From contig OZ024743.1 of assembly GCA_964016885.1 (NCBI GenBank), positions 248,806,001-248,870,000 on the forward strand: a stretch of DNA of 64,000 nucleotides, given 5' to 3'. Both the position numbers and the translations under genes were made by a program. Below the pieces are notes generated by a model, which searched no databases, was not told where the DNA came from, and worked only from the letters and a program-made list of their open reading frames with translations. The stretch is from Eledone cirrhosa. Taxonomy: Eukaryota. This document shows, one piece after another, positions 51,901 through 64,000 of the stretch (position 1 is the first letter of the stretch; each line of letters starts with the position of its first letter).

Positions 51901-52882
51901 CTGAATTAAGCAATTAAAAATTATTTGCAGATTTTTTATTAAAAAGTTGTCATCAAGAAACGGTTTCTTGGAAGCAATTATTTCATTCATAATATCTTAC
52001 TAACTTGATTGATAAGGCTTCCAGAAAAAAAAATCAAAATCAAATAAAGGTGCTACCATATACACTCATGTAAAAGTTGACCCTCCAATTATTTTTATCC
52101 CGAAATTTGTATTTTTACATGTATCACTTGTAAAAGTCAACCCTAGTCCTTTATGAACAACAGATCAACATTTCTGAATGAAGGTATTATCCTGAACATA
52201 AATGTTACAATAAAGAAATTAATTTTACTAAGTTATTATGTCATGATGTACATAAATGTAAATTAAAATATGTATAAGACCTGTGCAGCCTTGTGTGTTT
52301 CAATAGTACAAAATGTGTTTTGATTTGTAAAATTATTGGTATTATTACTTAATTCATTGTTTTTCTTTTTATTCCTTTAGAATCTATTTTGGCTTCTGCT
52401 TATAGACATAGTATTTGGGATTGTAGCATGAATTTCATCCAGTCGAAAGTAGTATTCATATAATAATCAACCCCATAAATTTAACCTATAAAATAATCTA
52501 TATACAATATATCAAACATATGACTCAAGTTAAAGACTATGAAAAGCATATTTAAACTAATGACTAAGAACAAACAAAATAAGCCCTTCTCACCTTAAAA
52601 TATGAGCATGTGGTTTCTACAGTTGGATGTCCACCCTAAAGCCTCAACCCTCACAAATTTATACACACAGATTATACATCTAACATTTATATAGATGTCT
52701 TAAGACTTAACTGGATTAAATGCTAGTAACAATTAATGCACAAAAGATTCCCAGAAGCAAAAAAGTTTGATTCCTTTTAAAATACAATTAAAATTCTACT
52801 CTAGATTTATAGACAAGATTTATATGGAGATAATTTCAGTTGTTTATATTATATTCAAACTGAGTATAAAATGGAATTTTAC

Positions 52883-52920
52883 CTGTATGGCATCTTTCAT
52901 GACTTCCCATTTGTGATCAG
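52883..52920 (-). CDS. TXNRD: TXNRD small exon
   Basis: (T)DHKWEVMKDAIQ; 38 nt; aag acceptor, gtaaa donor; restores the frame between flanking exons. Confidence 0.85.
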
Positions 52921-53275
52921 CTTAAAATAAAATTTAAAGAATATATTTACAATTAATATATATTATTATTTATTACTATCACTATAAATAAAACAGAATT
53001 ATATATACAAGAGTGAAATGAAGCATGCGTGCTTTACTAGATGTATAATGCAAGTGTGTATGATTAACAGAGCACAAGTGAACTGGGGGAAAAATTGAAT
53101 ATTAGAGAAATTGAATATCGCATGCAAGAGAGATGATTGCACTGAAAAGGTCATGTGATGCATGAGGAGAGGAAGAGTTGTATAAAAAAAAATATACTGA
53201 GTGCTTGAAGTGGATTTGAACCTGTAGAAGTGAGAAACTGTAGAAGACACGGGACAAAGTTGTGAAGAATGACAT

Positions 53276-53548
53276 TGTTGTATTCCTCTCGGTGCACGCA
53301 GAGAAAACACGAGTTATATCAAATAATTTGTGTATTGTACGAAACAGCCAAAACGCCCCTCCTCACAGTAGCAGAATAACATAAAGTAAGTAAGTAGTCT
53401 GTGACCGAGTTTTTAATACCAACGCTGACTGACTGCCCAGGTCACTTGATTCATATGCAAATGTGTGAGTATGTGTAAATTGAACAAATCGAATTTAACA
53501 GTCCATACAACAATGAGGTTGTGAGTTCGATTCACAGTCCATACAACA
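53276..53548 (-). repeat. 3' LTR
   Basis: tgttgtat...atacaaca; preceded in element sense by PPT ggtgggggagg. Confidence 0.95.
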
Positions 53549-53739
53549 CCTCCCCACCGAAATTGATGCGACAAAAGAAGCATCAACAGCAAAGTCTCTC
53601 TGGGGGTTTACGAGTTCTCTTGGACCGTCTTCGATTGTCTGGTCCATACTCTGGAACGGGCAACAAGGTCTTGGGTCTGGTCTGTCTTGGAGTTAGTGGC
53701 ACGATTTCCGAGATCTCCATCAGGTGATCTGTTGCAAAT

Positions 53740-55860
53740 TCAAAAACTGTCTACTGCATCACCAGGTTCATTGTCTTCCTCAGTAGTGTACCGCGGTTGC
53801 AGCTGTTCCCAGTGTCGTCTCCACACCGGGCCATGAGGTATGACCTTAACGTTGAAGCAGCGAGTACCCAATGACTTCTGAATGATTGCTGGTACCCATC
53901 GGGGATCTTTGTCTCGGCAAGGTCCGTAGTACAGTGCATACACAGGATCTCCAGCCTTGTACTGCCTGGTAACCTTAGCGACACCTGCCGAGTCCGGAGT
54001 CATCTGAGACTTATATGCTTCCTTAGACTGCTTGCCTTGAGCGATGTGTGCTGGCGAGGGCAGCAGAGAATCAATCCTTGTCCGTATCTGCCGGTGATTC
54101 AAAAGTTCACTCGGAGAGAATCCACTGGATGTCGGTGTTCTCCGGTACTGCATCAAGAACTCTTGAAGTGCTCGCTTCGGTGGAAGAGAAGTCTTCCTCA
54201 GAGCTTGTTTGAAGGTCTGCACCAAACGTTCCACTGCTCCGTTGGTAGCTGGGTGGTAAGGTGCCCCTGTCAGGTGTGTGATCCCACATTCTTTGCACCA
54301 GCTCTGGAACTCCTCAGAAATAAAAGTTGGTGCGTTATCGGTGACTAGCGTGTGAGGAAATCCAAAGTGCGCAAAGTCTTCTTCAAGCAGATCTAAAGTG
54401 GCTCTGGAGGACGTGGATGACGTAGGATGAATGCATGGATACTTGGAATAAGCATCCGTGATCACCAACCAATTACTGCCCATGAAATTTATTGCGTGGT
54501 CCAGGTGTAAGCGGCTCCACGGCTTTTCAGGTAACATCCATGGGTGAACTGGAGACTTGGATGGCTGGTTTTGATGTTCACCACACGAATCACATTGTCG
54601 ACTGGTTTTCTCTATAGCAGCATCGATACCAGGCCAATAAACAGCAGTTCTTGCCAATTGTTTCATGCGCTCCGTGCCAAAGTGTCCGAGATGCAGAAAA
54701 TTGAGGATCTTTGGCTGTAAGCTATGTGGAATCACAACTCTCGATCCATGGATAAGGCATCCGTGGCAGATACTGAGTGAATCCGACAACTTCCGGAACT
54801 TATTGACTTCGTCATTGATCTCAGTATTCTTTGGTGGCCAGCCTTCACGGACGTAGCGTATCACTGTAGATATCACTGGATCTTTCCCTGACTCTTGACG
54901 GAGGACGTTAGCATCGATAGGTTGGACTTGAAGACTGAGAGCTTTGATGGCGCACACCATGTCCATGTCTTCACCATTTTCCTTCCTGTCAAAGTCGATG
55001 TCATTACCAAATGGCAAGCGACTGAGGGCATCTGCATTGCCATGATCCGCTGTTTTCCAATATTCGATGGTGTAGTCAAACTGGTTCAGCCACAGGGCCC
55101 ACCGTGCTAGTCGGTTAGCAGTGAGAAGTGGCGTCCCTTTCCTCGGACTGAACAGTGATGTCAGTGGCTTGTGGTCAGTTACGAGTATAAACTGATGTCC
55201 GTACAGATACTGATAGAACTTCTGCAAGCCAAATATGATGGCCAGGGCTTCCTTTTGAATTTGGCCGTAGTTACGTTGTGCAGAAGTAAGAGTCTTGGAC
55301 ACATTGGATATTGGGCGCTCGCTTCCATCAGGATAGCGATGAAACAGGACTGCTCCAATACCAACGTTTGACGCATCGCAAGCCAGTCCCAAAGTTTTGT
55401 TTGGATCGAAGTGTATCAGAACTCGATCCGATGAAAGCACATTTTTCAACTGATCAAAAGCTGACTGTTCTTCATCTCCCCACTTCCAAGTAGTCGTTTC
55501 TTTCGTAAGGCAATAGAGTGGCTCTGCCATGCTGGCCAGGTTTGGGATAAACTTTCCATAGAACTGAACTGAACCCAGGAAAGACTTCAAGCTTGAGACG
55601 TTCGTTGGAGGTGGCATCTTTAAAACTGCTTCGACCTTGGATCCCTTCGCGATCCCTTCAGCCGACAAGGTGTGTCCAAGGTATTCCACACTGGGTAGTG
55701 CAAACTGGCACTTGTCACAGCGACATCTGAGTCCTTTGTCGCACAGACGTGTGAGCAGACACTTTAGGTTGTTCAGGTGATCGTTTTTATCTTTCCCACT
55801 GACGAGCATGTCGTCCTGGAAGACGGCCACACCAGGTAGATCTTGAGTCAGGTTTTCCAT
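53740..55860 (-). pseudogene. Gypsy pol fragment (RT C-half, RNase H, integrase)
   Basis: 706-aa ORF: FQDD, CDAS, TDHKPL, HLGHFG..CDSC, TDNAP, PYHPATNGAVER. Confidence 0.9.
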
Positions 55861-57939
55861 GATCTCCTGAAAGTAACCAGGTGCTGACTTGATTCCGAAA
55901 GGGAGTCATTCCCGCAGGAGCACCCCACGGTGAGTGCTGAGTGCAAGCCTGCGTTGACTTTCTGGAGCCAGCTTGATCTGATTATAGGAATCAGCAAGAT
56001 CAATCTTTGTGTATCCGAATCCACCTCCGAGCTTCTGCATCAGTTCCTCTGGGAGTGGCATTGGATGACGATGATCTGCAAGTTGGTCAATAATTCCCAC
56101 AGAGTAGTCACCACAAATCCGTAGTTTGGGCTTCAGGTTGCCTGAAGTATGTGCTTTACGAATCGGTACCACTGGCGTTCCGTATTCGTTGAACTGTACT
56201 GGCTTCCAGATTCCTTTGGCGATGCCTTCTTCGTAACCTTTGGCCAGGTCATCACGAAGAGCAAACGGGACCGGGCGTGCCTTGTGAAAGACCAGTGTCG
56301 CGTCCGACTTGAACTTCACTTCCAGTTCGAAGTCATTAAGACATCCCAATTCTTGCTTGAAGAGATCTGGGAATTCATCACACATGTTGTGACAATCTCG
56401 TTGCATGGAAATATAGGGCTCATTTGAGGTCTTTGGATGCACCCTCACTCTTGGCCTGGCTGTCTATGCTTTTCAATCCTAGAGCATTGTCCACGGAAAT
56501 TCCCAGAGTCTGGATAGCGTTTCGTCCCAGCAAATTAAGATCAGGGATCTTGGTGACGATGTAGGGTATTGAATTCCGTTTACCGGTCGTTGGATCCTTG
56601 GTTTGGCCCATGAAAGTTCCCAGAACGGGCAGGTCGTGCTTGCTGGCAGATTCAAACCGATGTTTGACATCTTGCAGCTTCGGTTTTCCTAATTGTTTCC
56701 AAACTGACAAGGAAACAAAATTGCCTGTAGTAGCTGTGTCCAATTCGATTGTGAAAAGTCTGTTCTGGATTGTTATTAGCACATTCAAACTATGAGTATC
56801 GTGGGAAACTTCACCAAGGATCGCCTTGACTAGCTCAGCTTTCGTGATTCTTTTCACGTAATTCTGTGAGCGATGATTACGTTGCTGATGTTGTTTCTTT
56901 CTACACACCACTTGCAAATGTCCCTTTTAGTCACAAAAATGACATTTGGCTTCTTTGAAGGGACAGTCTGTCGCTTTGTGGGCCTTTCCACATCGGTAGC
57001 ACATCTCCTGGTCTGTGGAATAAGACTGCTGATGGTTCTTTCGAGGACCCTTGTTCTTGTTCTGCTGGACCTTGTAGACTTGCTTGGTTTTGGAACCGTA
57101 AACAGTTTCCTTGGCAACCTTTGCTGCGTCTTCGGTCTCGATGGCAACTTGGACAGCACGGGCGAAATCTAGTTCTGTATCCTTGATCTTGAAAATAGCC
57201 TTCAACACAGCTTCATTATTGACAGAACATATAAATCTCTGTCTTAGAGCTTCATCTTGTGGATTTGTGATCGAAGGAAAATCACAGGTAGCTGCATCCT
57301 GACGTATACGTGCTGCCAGCTCCTGGAGAGTTTCGCCTGGCTTCCGTTGCATGTCACTCCAGAACGTGAAACGTTCTCTCACAATGAAAAGTTTTGGGTC
57401 GAACTGTTCTTTCATGAAGTCAACAATTTCGTCCATTGTCAACTTGTTATATCCTTAGGTGGATTTTGTTGAGCAGCCAGATTTGCAAGTTGTTTGTAGA
57501 TAGCAGCCGTCTGATTAGTCAGGAACACTTGTGCCATGCGTTGCTCGGGTACAGCGTTAGCAGCCACAAACGTGCAGAATCTTGACCAGTAATCAGGCCA
57601 TAGTTCTGTTGTTGAATCAAAAGCAGCAAATGGTGGGATGAATGCTGTTGGTGTCGAAGCAACTGGCGACGCCAATAAACTCTGTTGTTCAGAATCTCGA
57701 GCACCAAACAGTTTTATCAGAGTGTCCATATCTTTCTTGTGTTGTTGCATTTGTTGTTCCATCTGTTCTCTAAACAACTTTATTAGCTCCGCTGTTTGTT
57801 GTTCCGCCATGTTTTTATGATAAACAATTTCCCGGCAATGTAGGTAAATCCTATCGGCAATGTAGGTAAATCCTATCGGCAATGTAGGTAAATCCTATCG
57901 GCAATGAAGGTAAATCCTATCGTCGACGCCAATAAACTC

Positions 57940-58212
57940 TGTTGTATTCCTCTCGGTACTCGCAGAGAAAACACGAGTTATATCAAATAATTTGTGTAAT
58001 TTGCGAAACAACCAAAACGCCCCTCCTCGCAGTAGCAGAATAACATAAAGTAAGTAAGTAGTCTGTGACCGAGTTTTTAATACCAACGCTGACTGACTGC
58101 CCAGGTCACGTGATTCATATGCAAATGTGTGAGCACGTGTAAATTGAACAAATCGAATTTAACAGTCCATACAACAATGAGGTTGTGAGTTCGATTCACA
58201 GTCCATACAACA
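57940..58212 (-). repeat. 5' LTR
   Basis: Followed in element sense by PBS TGGCGTCGACGATAGGATT. Confidence 0.95.
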
Positions 58213-58569
58213 GACATCCTTAAGAAGATGACATCGGACCAAACTGACTGACAATATACCATAGTACAAAAGACCAATCCACCAGTACTAGCACTGTGAC
58301 ACAAAGTAAATGAGGTGAGAGACCATAAGCTACAGTGTTTAGCAACCAAACGGAGACAATATTGAGTTTGAGAGAACTCATCAGTCTGGTAGAGTATATG
58401 TGACAACCTCTATCTAGTTCTGGTGCCACAATAAAATGCACCTAGTTCACTCTGATTAGACAGACAAACCAATAGATAGATATAATATATTACTACTATA
58501 CATTAAACTTGATGAACCAGGTTATGGAAGTTATATGAAATAATTATAGCTGAACACATTTGAAAGAGA

Positions 58570-59890
58570 ATTTGGCTTGACTAGATGCAGTCTGGGTTTA
58601 TGCCAAGACATGATATCACTGATGCCTCATCCTCATGAGACAACCAGAGAAGTTACTCTACTTAGGCTTGTTTGCAGAATGCCGTTAATAAGATTCCACA
58701 CTCTGGAGTTACGTGATCACGAAACAGACTGGAACCAGACAAACAGCTTGTGAGAGTCATTAGCAAAGTGAGGGTTAATGAGTTTAGCAAGGAATTAGCA
58801 TGCAGTATGATGTACATCTCAGCCCCCTTTTGTTATAGCTCCCAGGAGTGTAAGACTAGTTTTTCTTGAGAAATCCTCTATGCCAATGATCTAATGCTTA
58901 TAGCAAAATTGGTAAAAAATATGGAGAAAAAATTCCAAACACAAAAACAAAACTTAGAACAGAAAGATCTCCAAGTAAACCTAGCAAAGTCTAATGTTTT
59001 AGTTAGTGGATAATAAAATAGAATTCTACTGCCATTTGGAAAATGACTAAACTTAATATGCAGAAAAAAGATTAGAATTCCATACAATATACCTATAATA
59101 AACTATAGATACACAAGGAGTGTAGCATGCTGACAGGTAGGTTGACATGGAAGGTAGACTTCATGTGGTAGATGCACAGAAGTAGGTAGCAATAAGAATG
59201 CATATATATATTCCTTAAAAATTCAGAAAGCTCTCTAGAAGTAGTAGATAGCTTTTGTTAACAAGGTGAACTAATTAACTGTGGAAGTGGGTGTGCTCCA
59301 AAAGAAAGTAAGAACAAGATGAAAAAGTTCAGGGAGCTGTTATCTCTTCTGGCAATAAAAGGTTTCTCTCTCAATGTGAAGGGTATATGAAATGTATATA
59401 AAGCACAAAGTTGCATGATAGCAAAACATTAGCCTTGAATGCTTATAAAAGAAATCAGATATATTCTGCAAGGGATAAAATTGCGGTAGTACACACATGT
59501 GATACATATGAAAGATTAAGTAACAAAGTTGTGAGTGATCTAATTAAAAGGATCACATGCAAGAAGATCAAAGAAGACATAGGATGACAAGGATATGACA
59601 AAAATCCATAAGTGGTGAGATGCTGTATTGGAAGGTACTTGTCCAACCCATGGAAACAGAAAAATGGATGTTGGGCAAGGAATATAATGGGTAGAATACC
59701 AAGTAATCCAAGTTGAAGGAACTTGTGGAACTGGAAAACTGAGGAAAACCAGATAAAAAATCATGGAGGCTGATCTTAAGAAGTTAAACCTTATGATGAG
59801 GATGACAAAATATCACAATAAGTGGTGACATGTTATACTGGAAAAAAACCCATCCAACATATGAAAGCATGGAAAAATGATGATTTAACA
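58570..59890 (+). mobile_element. Heavily decayed RTE fragment
   Basis: Remnants LYANDLML, LQVNLAKS, KKFREL; colinear with the other RTE copies. Confidence 0.65.
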
Positions 59891-59950
59891 GAATGATATA
59901 CATACATACACACATATACAATATATCTATTGAAATATATATATGTTGAT

Positions 59951-60333
59951 GGAGGCACTTGGCTTAGTGGTTAGTGCATTGGGCTTGCAATCGAAAAGTT
60001 GTGAGTTCAATTCTCAGACCGGGTGATGTGTTGTGTCCTTGAGCAAGACACTTTATTTCACATTGCTCCAGTTTACTCAGCTGTAGAAATGAGATGATAG
60101 GGACTGGGGTCCCTATCATTCCACTGCAAAGTGGTCGTGGAGGTGCCACGGCAAAAAAAGCACCCAGCCTGCACTGTAAAGTGGACGTGTAGGCGCCACA
60201 GAAAAAAAGCACCCAGCACTCACTGTAAATGAGGTTGGTGTTAGGAAGGGCATCCGGCTGTAGAAATCAAGCCAGAATCAGTTCCCGTCCCACCCTTGCT
60301 AGCAGGGAAAAGCGGACGTATGATGATGATGAT
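59951..60333 (+). mobile_element. SINE family A (full length)
   Basis: A/B boxes, two internal modules, RTE-like tail, (TGA)n. Confidence 0.88.
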
Positions 60334-60503
60334 TTCATTAAACATGTGAACATATAAAAAGTTAAAAAAACAATACAAGTTGCTTCCAAAAAAAAAAATA
60401 GAGGGTCAAGATTTTAAACTAAACAAACAGAATGACATCAGAATATTTCTAAAATACAAATGAAAAGAGACTAAATTTGAAAATAAAAAAAAATTAATCT
60501 TAC

Positions 60504-60551
60504 TTGATTCTGTTGACCAACCATACGCTGTACTGTCCTTTACACTTTCAC
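60504..60551 (-). CDS. TXNRD: TXNRD exon
   Basis: (G)ESVKDSTAYGWSTES; 48 nt; cag acceptor, gtaag donor; phase matches neighbours; YGW motif. Confidence 0.9.
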
Positions 60552-60980
60552 CTGTAATAGTTTGAAAAACAGTTGATAATTTAAAATAAAATAAACAGAC
60601 AAACAAAGCATCTCAAAACGTAAGGTGTATGTCAGAATATGCTGCTTAGCAATGAACCTAATAATGTAAATCTACTTCTTAACTTTGAGCCTCACAATGT
60701 TGTTTAGTTATGTTCAGATGTGTAAAAATATGAAAGATTTGAAAAATGTGTTTGTTTTTTCTCCTAATTAGTGGTAGTAAACAAATGTGGCAGAACAGAA
60801 TACACAGCTGGTGGGATATTATCAAACATTGTAGGGACTGGAATACCATGCCAATGAGTTCATTCATCATTTTACATCCACTTTCTAGACTGGCATAGCA
60901 GTCCAGCCTGTTCACCTCACAAAATCTTTACTCAGATAATAGAATAAAGTTGTTTCATAAGTTTTAAAAACTTAGACTCA

Positions 60981-61115
<135 letters not shown>

Positions 61116-64000
61116 CTAGCAAATGCAGCATATAAAACAGTCAAACCACAATGAAAAGGTGTAAATTTTAACCCAAGTACCAAAAACATACTGGTAGATT
61201 TTGTGAAGCACTTTAAATAATTTTTTTGTAAAAAAAAAAAAAAGATTTAACACATAATTGTGGTATGGAGTAAAAAAAAAAAAAAAAATAAATAAATAAA
61301 GTGTCAGAAGAAATAATTAATTCAACTCCAAAACCCTTTCCACCTGTCAATACAGTGAACAACAAAAATTCAAGCATATTTCACTCATATCAACTTGGAC
61401 AGAAAAACATTACTTTATAATTACAAAACTTTTGGGATGCAACATGCTGCAACTCATTCTCTGCCTCAAACTTAGTCGCTTCAGCCACAAACTCAGGCTC
61501 TGCTGCCCACAGTGCATAGGAGAGGGAAATAGTTTAATACAAAGGTCTGATTAACTGCTTCGTCTTTGTACCAGTCTGTCAAGACTTCTAGTGTCCCTGG
61601 TTCCCGCACTGCTGATTTACTGTAAAATCGGAATAACAGCCCACTTAAGGAAGGAGTCCAATGAGGTGAGGTGGCTGTCTCTGGCCATTATTTACAGGAA
61701 TGCCATTGTCATTTTGTCCATGGAGTGCAACTGAAACATCACTCAGACTGGGCTGTAGTGTCTCTCCCACCCCCTCCCTTTCTTTTGTTGGTTCAGTCTT
61801 TTTTTTCTTTTAATTTACCTTTTTTGTTCTCTTTAATAGTGTCTTGTATTAAAATAAAATAACGTACACATCATTACAAAATTTCATATTCAATTTAATT
61901 TTGAACTGCCCTTGATTGGAATGGTTTCACCTAGTAGTTTTCAACCTGGAGTCTGAGGATCCCTGAAGATCCACAAAGGTAGTACTGGGGGTCTGAGAGC
62001 TAACTTTAAAATCTGAATATACATATGCTCTGGGGTATCCATTCTTCTATAAGTATAAATATTTCTCTTGAATTGTTATACCCAAGGGGGAATTGAATGA
62101 TACTGTAATTTCATATAGTACAAGACATTACGAGTCAAAAGTTAATAAACTATAAGATTTATGGTGGAAGGTATTAAATCTATTAGTAAAGTCATCTTTC
62201 AAGAAAACATTTTGAAATTGCATTGTAACAGGTCAGAAAAAAAACATGAAATGATAATAATACCTTCAAACATTATATTTCAGACCAAGTCAGTTAGAAC
62301 TCATTGTAGTTTAGATCAGGTCTTCCTTAAGTGTGTGTGTGGGGGGGGGGGGGGTCACAACCCTTTGGGAGAAGGGGTTGGTCATGAGTGCAACTGAGAA
62401 ATTTGTTTTATTTTATATTCTAGCTTTAAGATCCTTATATGCTAGTTATTGTCATTTTTCTTGCAAAAAATAAAATTTTGCAATTGTACATTTAAAAACA
62501 AATCTTCAAATTTAAAATTTAATAACTGTGCTGAAAAGTTCCATATTAAAATAATGGTTTCTGATTTAAGCACAACCCAAATGTGTTACTGGTACTTTAT
62601 TTTCTTGACCACATAAGGGCGAAAGACAAAGCTAATCTCAGCAGGATTTGAACTCAAAATGTAGAGACATAACTATATACCACAAAATGTAGTCCAACAC
62701 TCTACCAATACAACCAATCCACTGCCCTCTCATATTAAAATAACACAACAAACTTCTTTTATTAAATGTTTGGAGGAGGAGAGCAACAAATTTCTTTTAA
62801 AAGAAGGAGGGGAGGGCCTGGTTATAGCACAACTATAAAACAATTGATCAATGAAGTTCCTGTAACTGGTGCAGCCAGTCATTGGAGAGCTACGCTAGAA
62901 TAAAGATTTACTGTTTTAAGTGAATAAGACCAAACTAATTTACCTCTATAATAAAAAAAAAAGTTGTGAGAATGTATGTGCAGGAGTACTTGTCTGGATA
63001 TACAGACTGGATGCAGGTATGGCTAAGTGCTTAAGAAGCTCATTTTGAAATCATGAGATCCTGGGTTCAACCCCACTGAGTGGAATTTTGAAGAAATGTC
63101 TTTATCATAGCTTCTGGTCTACCTAAGCCTTGTAAGTGAAATTAGATACACAGAAACTGCCATGCAGATTCGGTGTGAGAATTACATTAAATTGACTGAA
63201 TGAATAATGATGATGAGCTTGAGGAATACTCAACCAATTGCAAGTTAATTCACAAGTTGATTTAGTTGATCAAACAACTGGATGCACATTGTCAAAACCA
63301 ACAGAGGAACAATCATATTTGCTTATGTATGTTATGATGTTGATAAGCTATGTATCTAACATGTTTTCATTTATGTCTATATTATACTATACAACAATAT
63401 TGTGGTAGGAACATTTATTTGAAATGACTGATAAGGAATGTGCCAGTAGAAACTGACTATAAGATGTGATTTGGTGAATGAGAATAATGTATAAGATCAG
63501 GAATTTTAAACAACCAGTGAAAGCATGTGGTCTAGCAGTTAGGGCATTGGGCTCCTGATCATATGGTTGTGGTTTCAATCCCAGACTAAATGATATATTG
63601 TGTATTAGAGCAGAACATTTCATTTCCTATTGCTCTAGTTCACTCAGCTGAAAATAAGTAGCAGTGGCAGCTGTTTTGCAATCCCAGTTGCTAAATGACC
63701 ATGAAATTGGAATAAAGCTCCAGGCTTTATTCAACCTGAGCAATATTGGAAAAATGGATATATAACAATGACTAAACCCTACTAAATTGAAGTTATCTGA
63801 GGATTGTAGCCATTACTGTAATTCATTCGTCTGTTCAAGTCATTGCAATCAAATGAGATTTCAAAAACAAAGTGCCCCTAAAAGACAAGTTGGGCAAAAA
63901 GGCCATCATTATATAATCCTACTGGCTGGGTTTGACCTGGTCAGTTGTTGAGATCATGCAGAGGAAAAGAGATAAAGAAATTAAGTGAATACAAAAAAGA

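Larger units (their letters stand above)
53276..58212 (-). mobile_element. Full-length Ty3/Gypsy LTR retrotransposon, decayed, in a TXNRD intron
   Basis: 273-bp LTRs (TG...CA, about 10 differences by eye), TSD GACAT at 53271-53275 and 58213-58217, PBS about 57913-57931, PPT 53549-53559; order gag (CCHC), PR (LDTAT), RT (FQDD), RNaseH (CDAS), INT; stops and frameshifts. Confidence 0.96.

Overview
AT-rich, repeat-dense animal genomic DNA. The SINE/RTE repertoire suggests a cephalopod (octopus-like) genome, which is an inference. The only host gene I can support is a minus-strand selenoprotein thioredoxin reductase (TXNRD). Thirteen coding exons run from 61078 down to 35890, with phase-consistent GT-AG junctions, the CVNVGC redox motif, a C-terminal Gly-Cys-Sec(UGA)-Gly-stop and a well-formed type-2 SECIS at 35641-35730. 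Its N-terminal exons were not found and probably lie beyond 64000. The rest is mobile DNA: a full-length but decayed Ty3/Gypsy element (273-bp LTRs, GACAT TSD), a decayed Helitron Rep-helicase next to a 27-bp minisatellite of NRF1-like motifs, RTE LINEs with a PHD-type finger inside RT, CR1-like and L1/Tx1-like LINEs, a CRE-like fragment, hAT and mariner remnants, TTAA MITEs and two tRNA-derived SINE families. The most unusual observations are an LTR end that captured a SINE B-box, a 270-bp-arm intronic fold-back seeded by a SINE hairpin, two hammerhead-like motifs, and a pseudoknotted ribozyme-like 5' end on a duplicated non-coding element. There is no prokaryotic system or CRISPR array.
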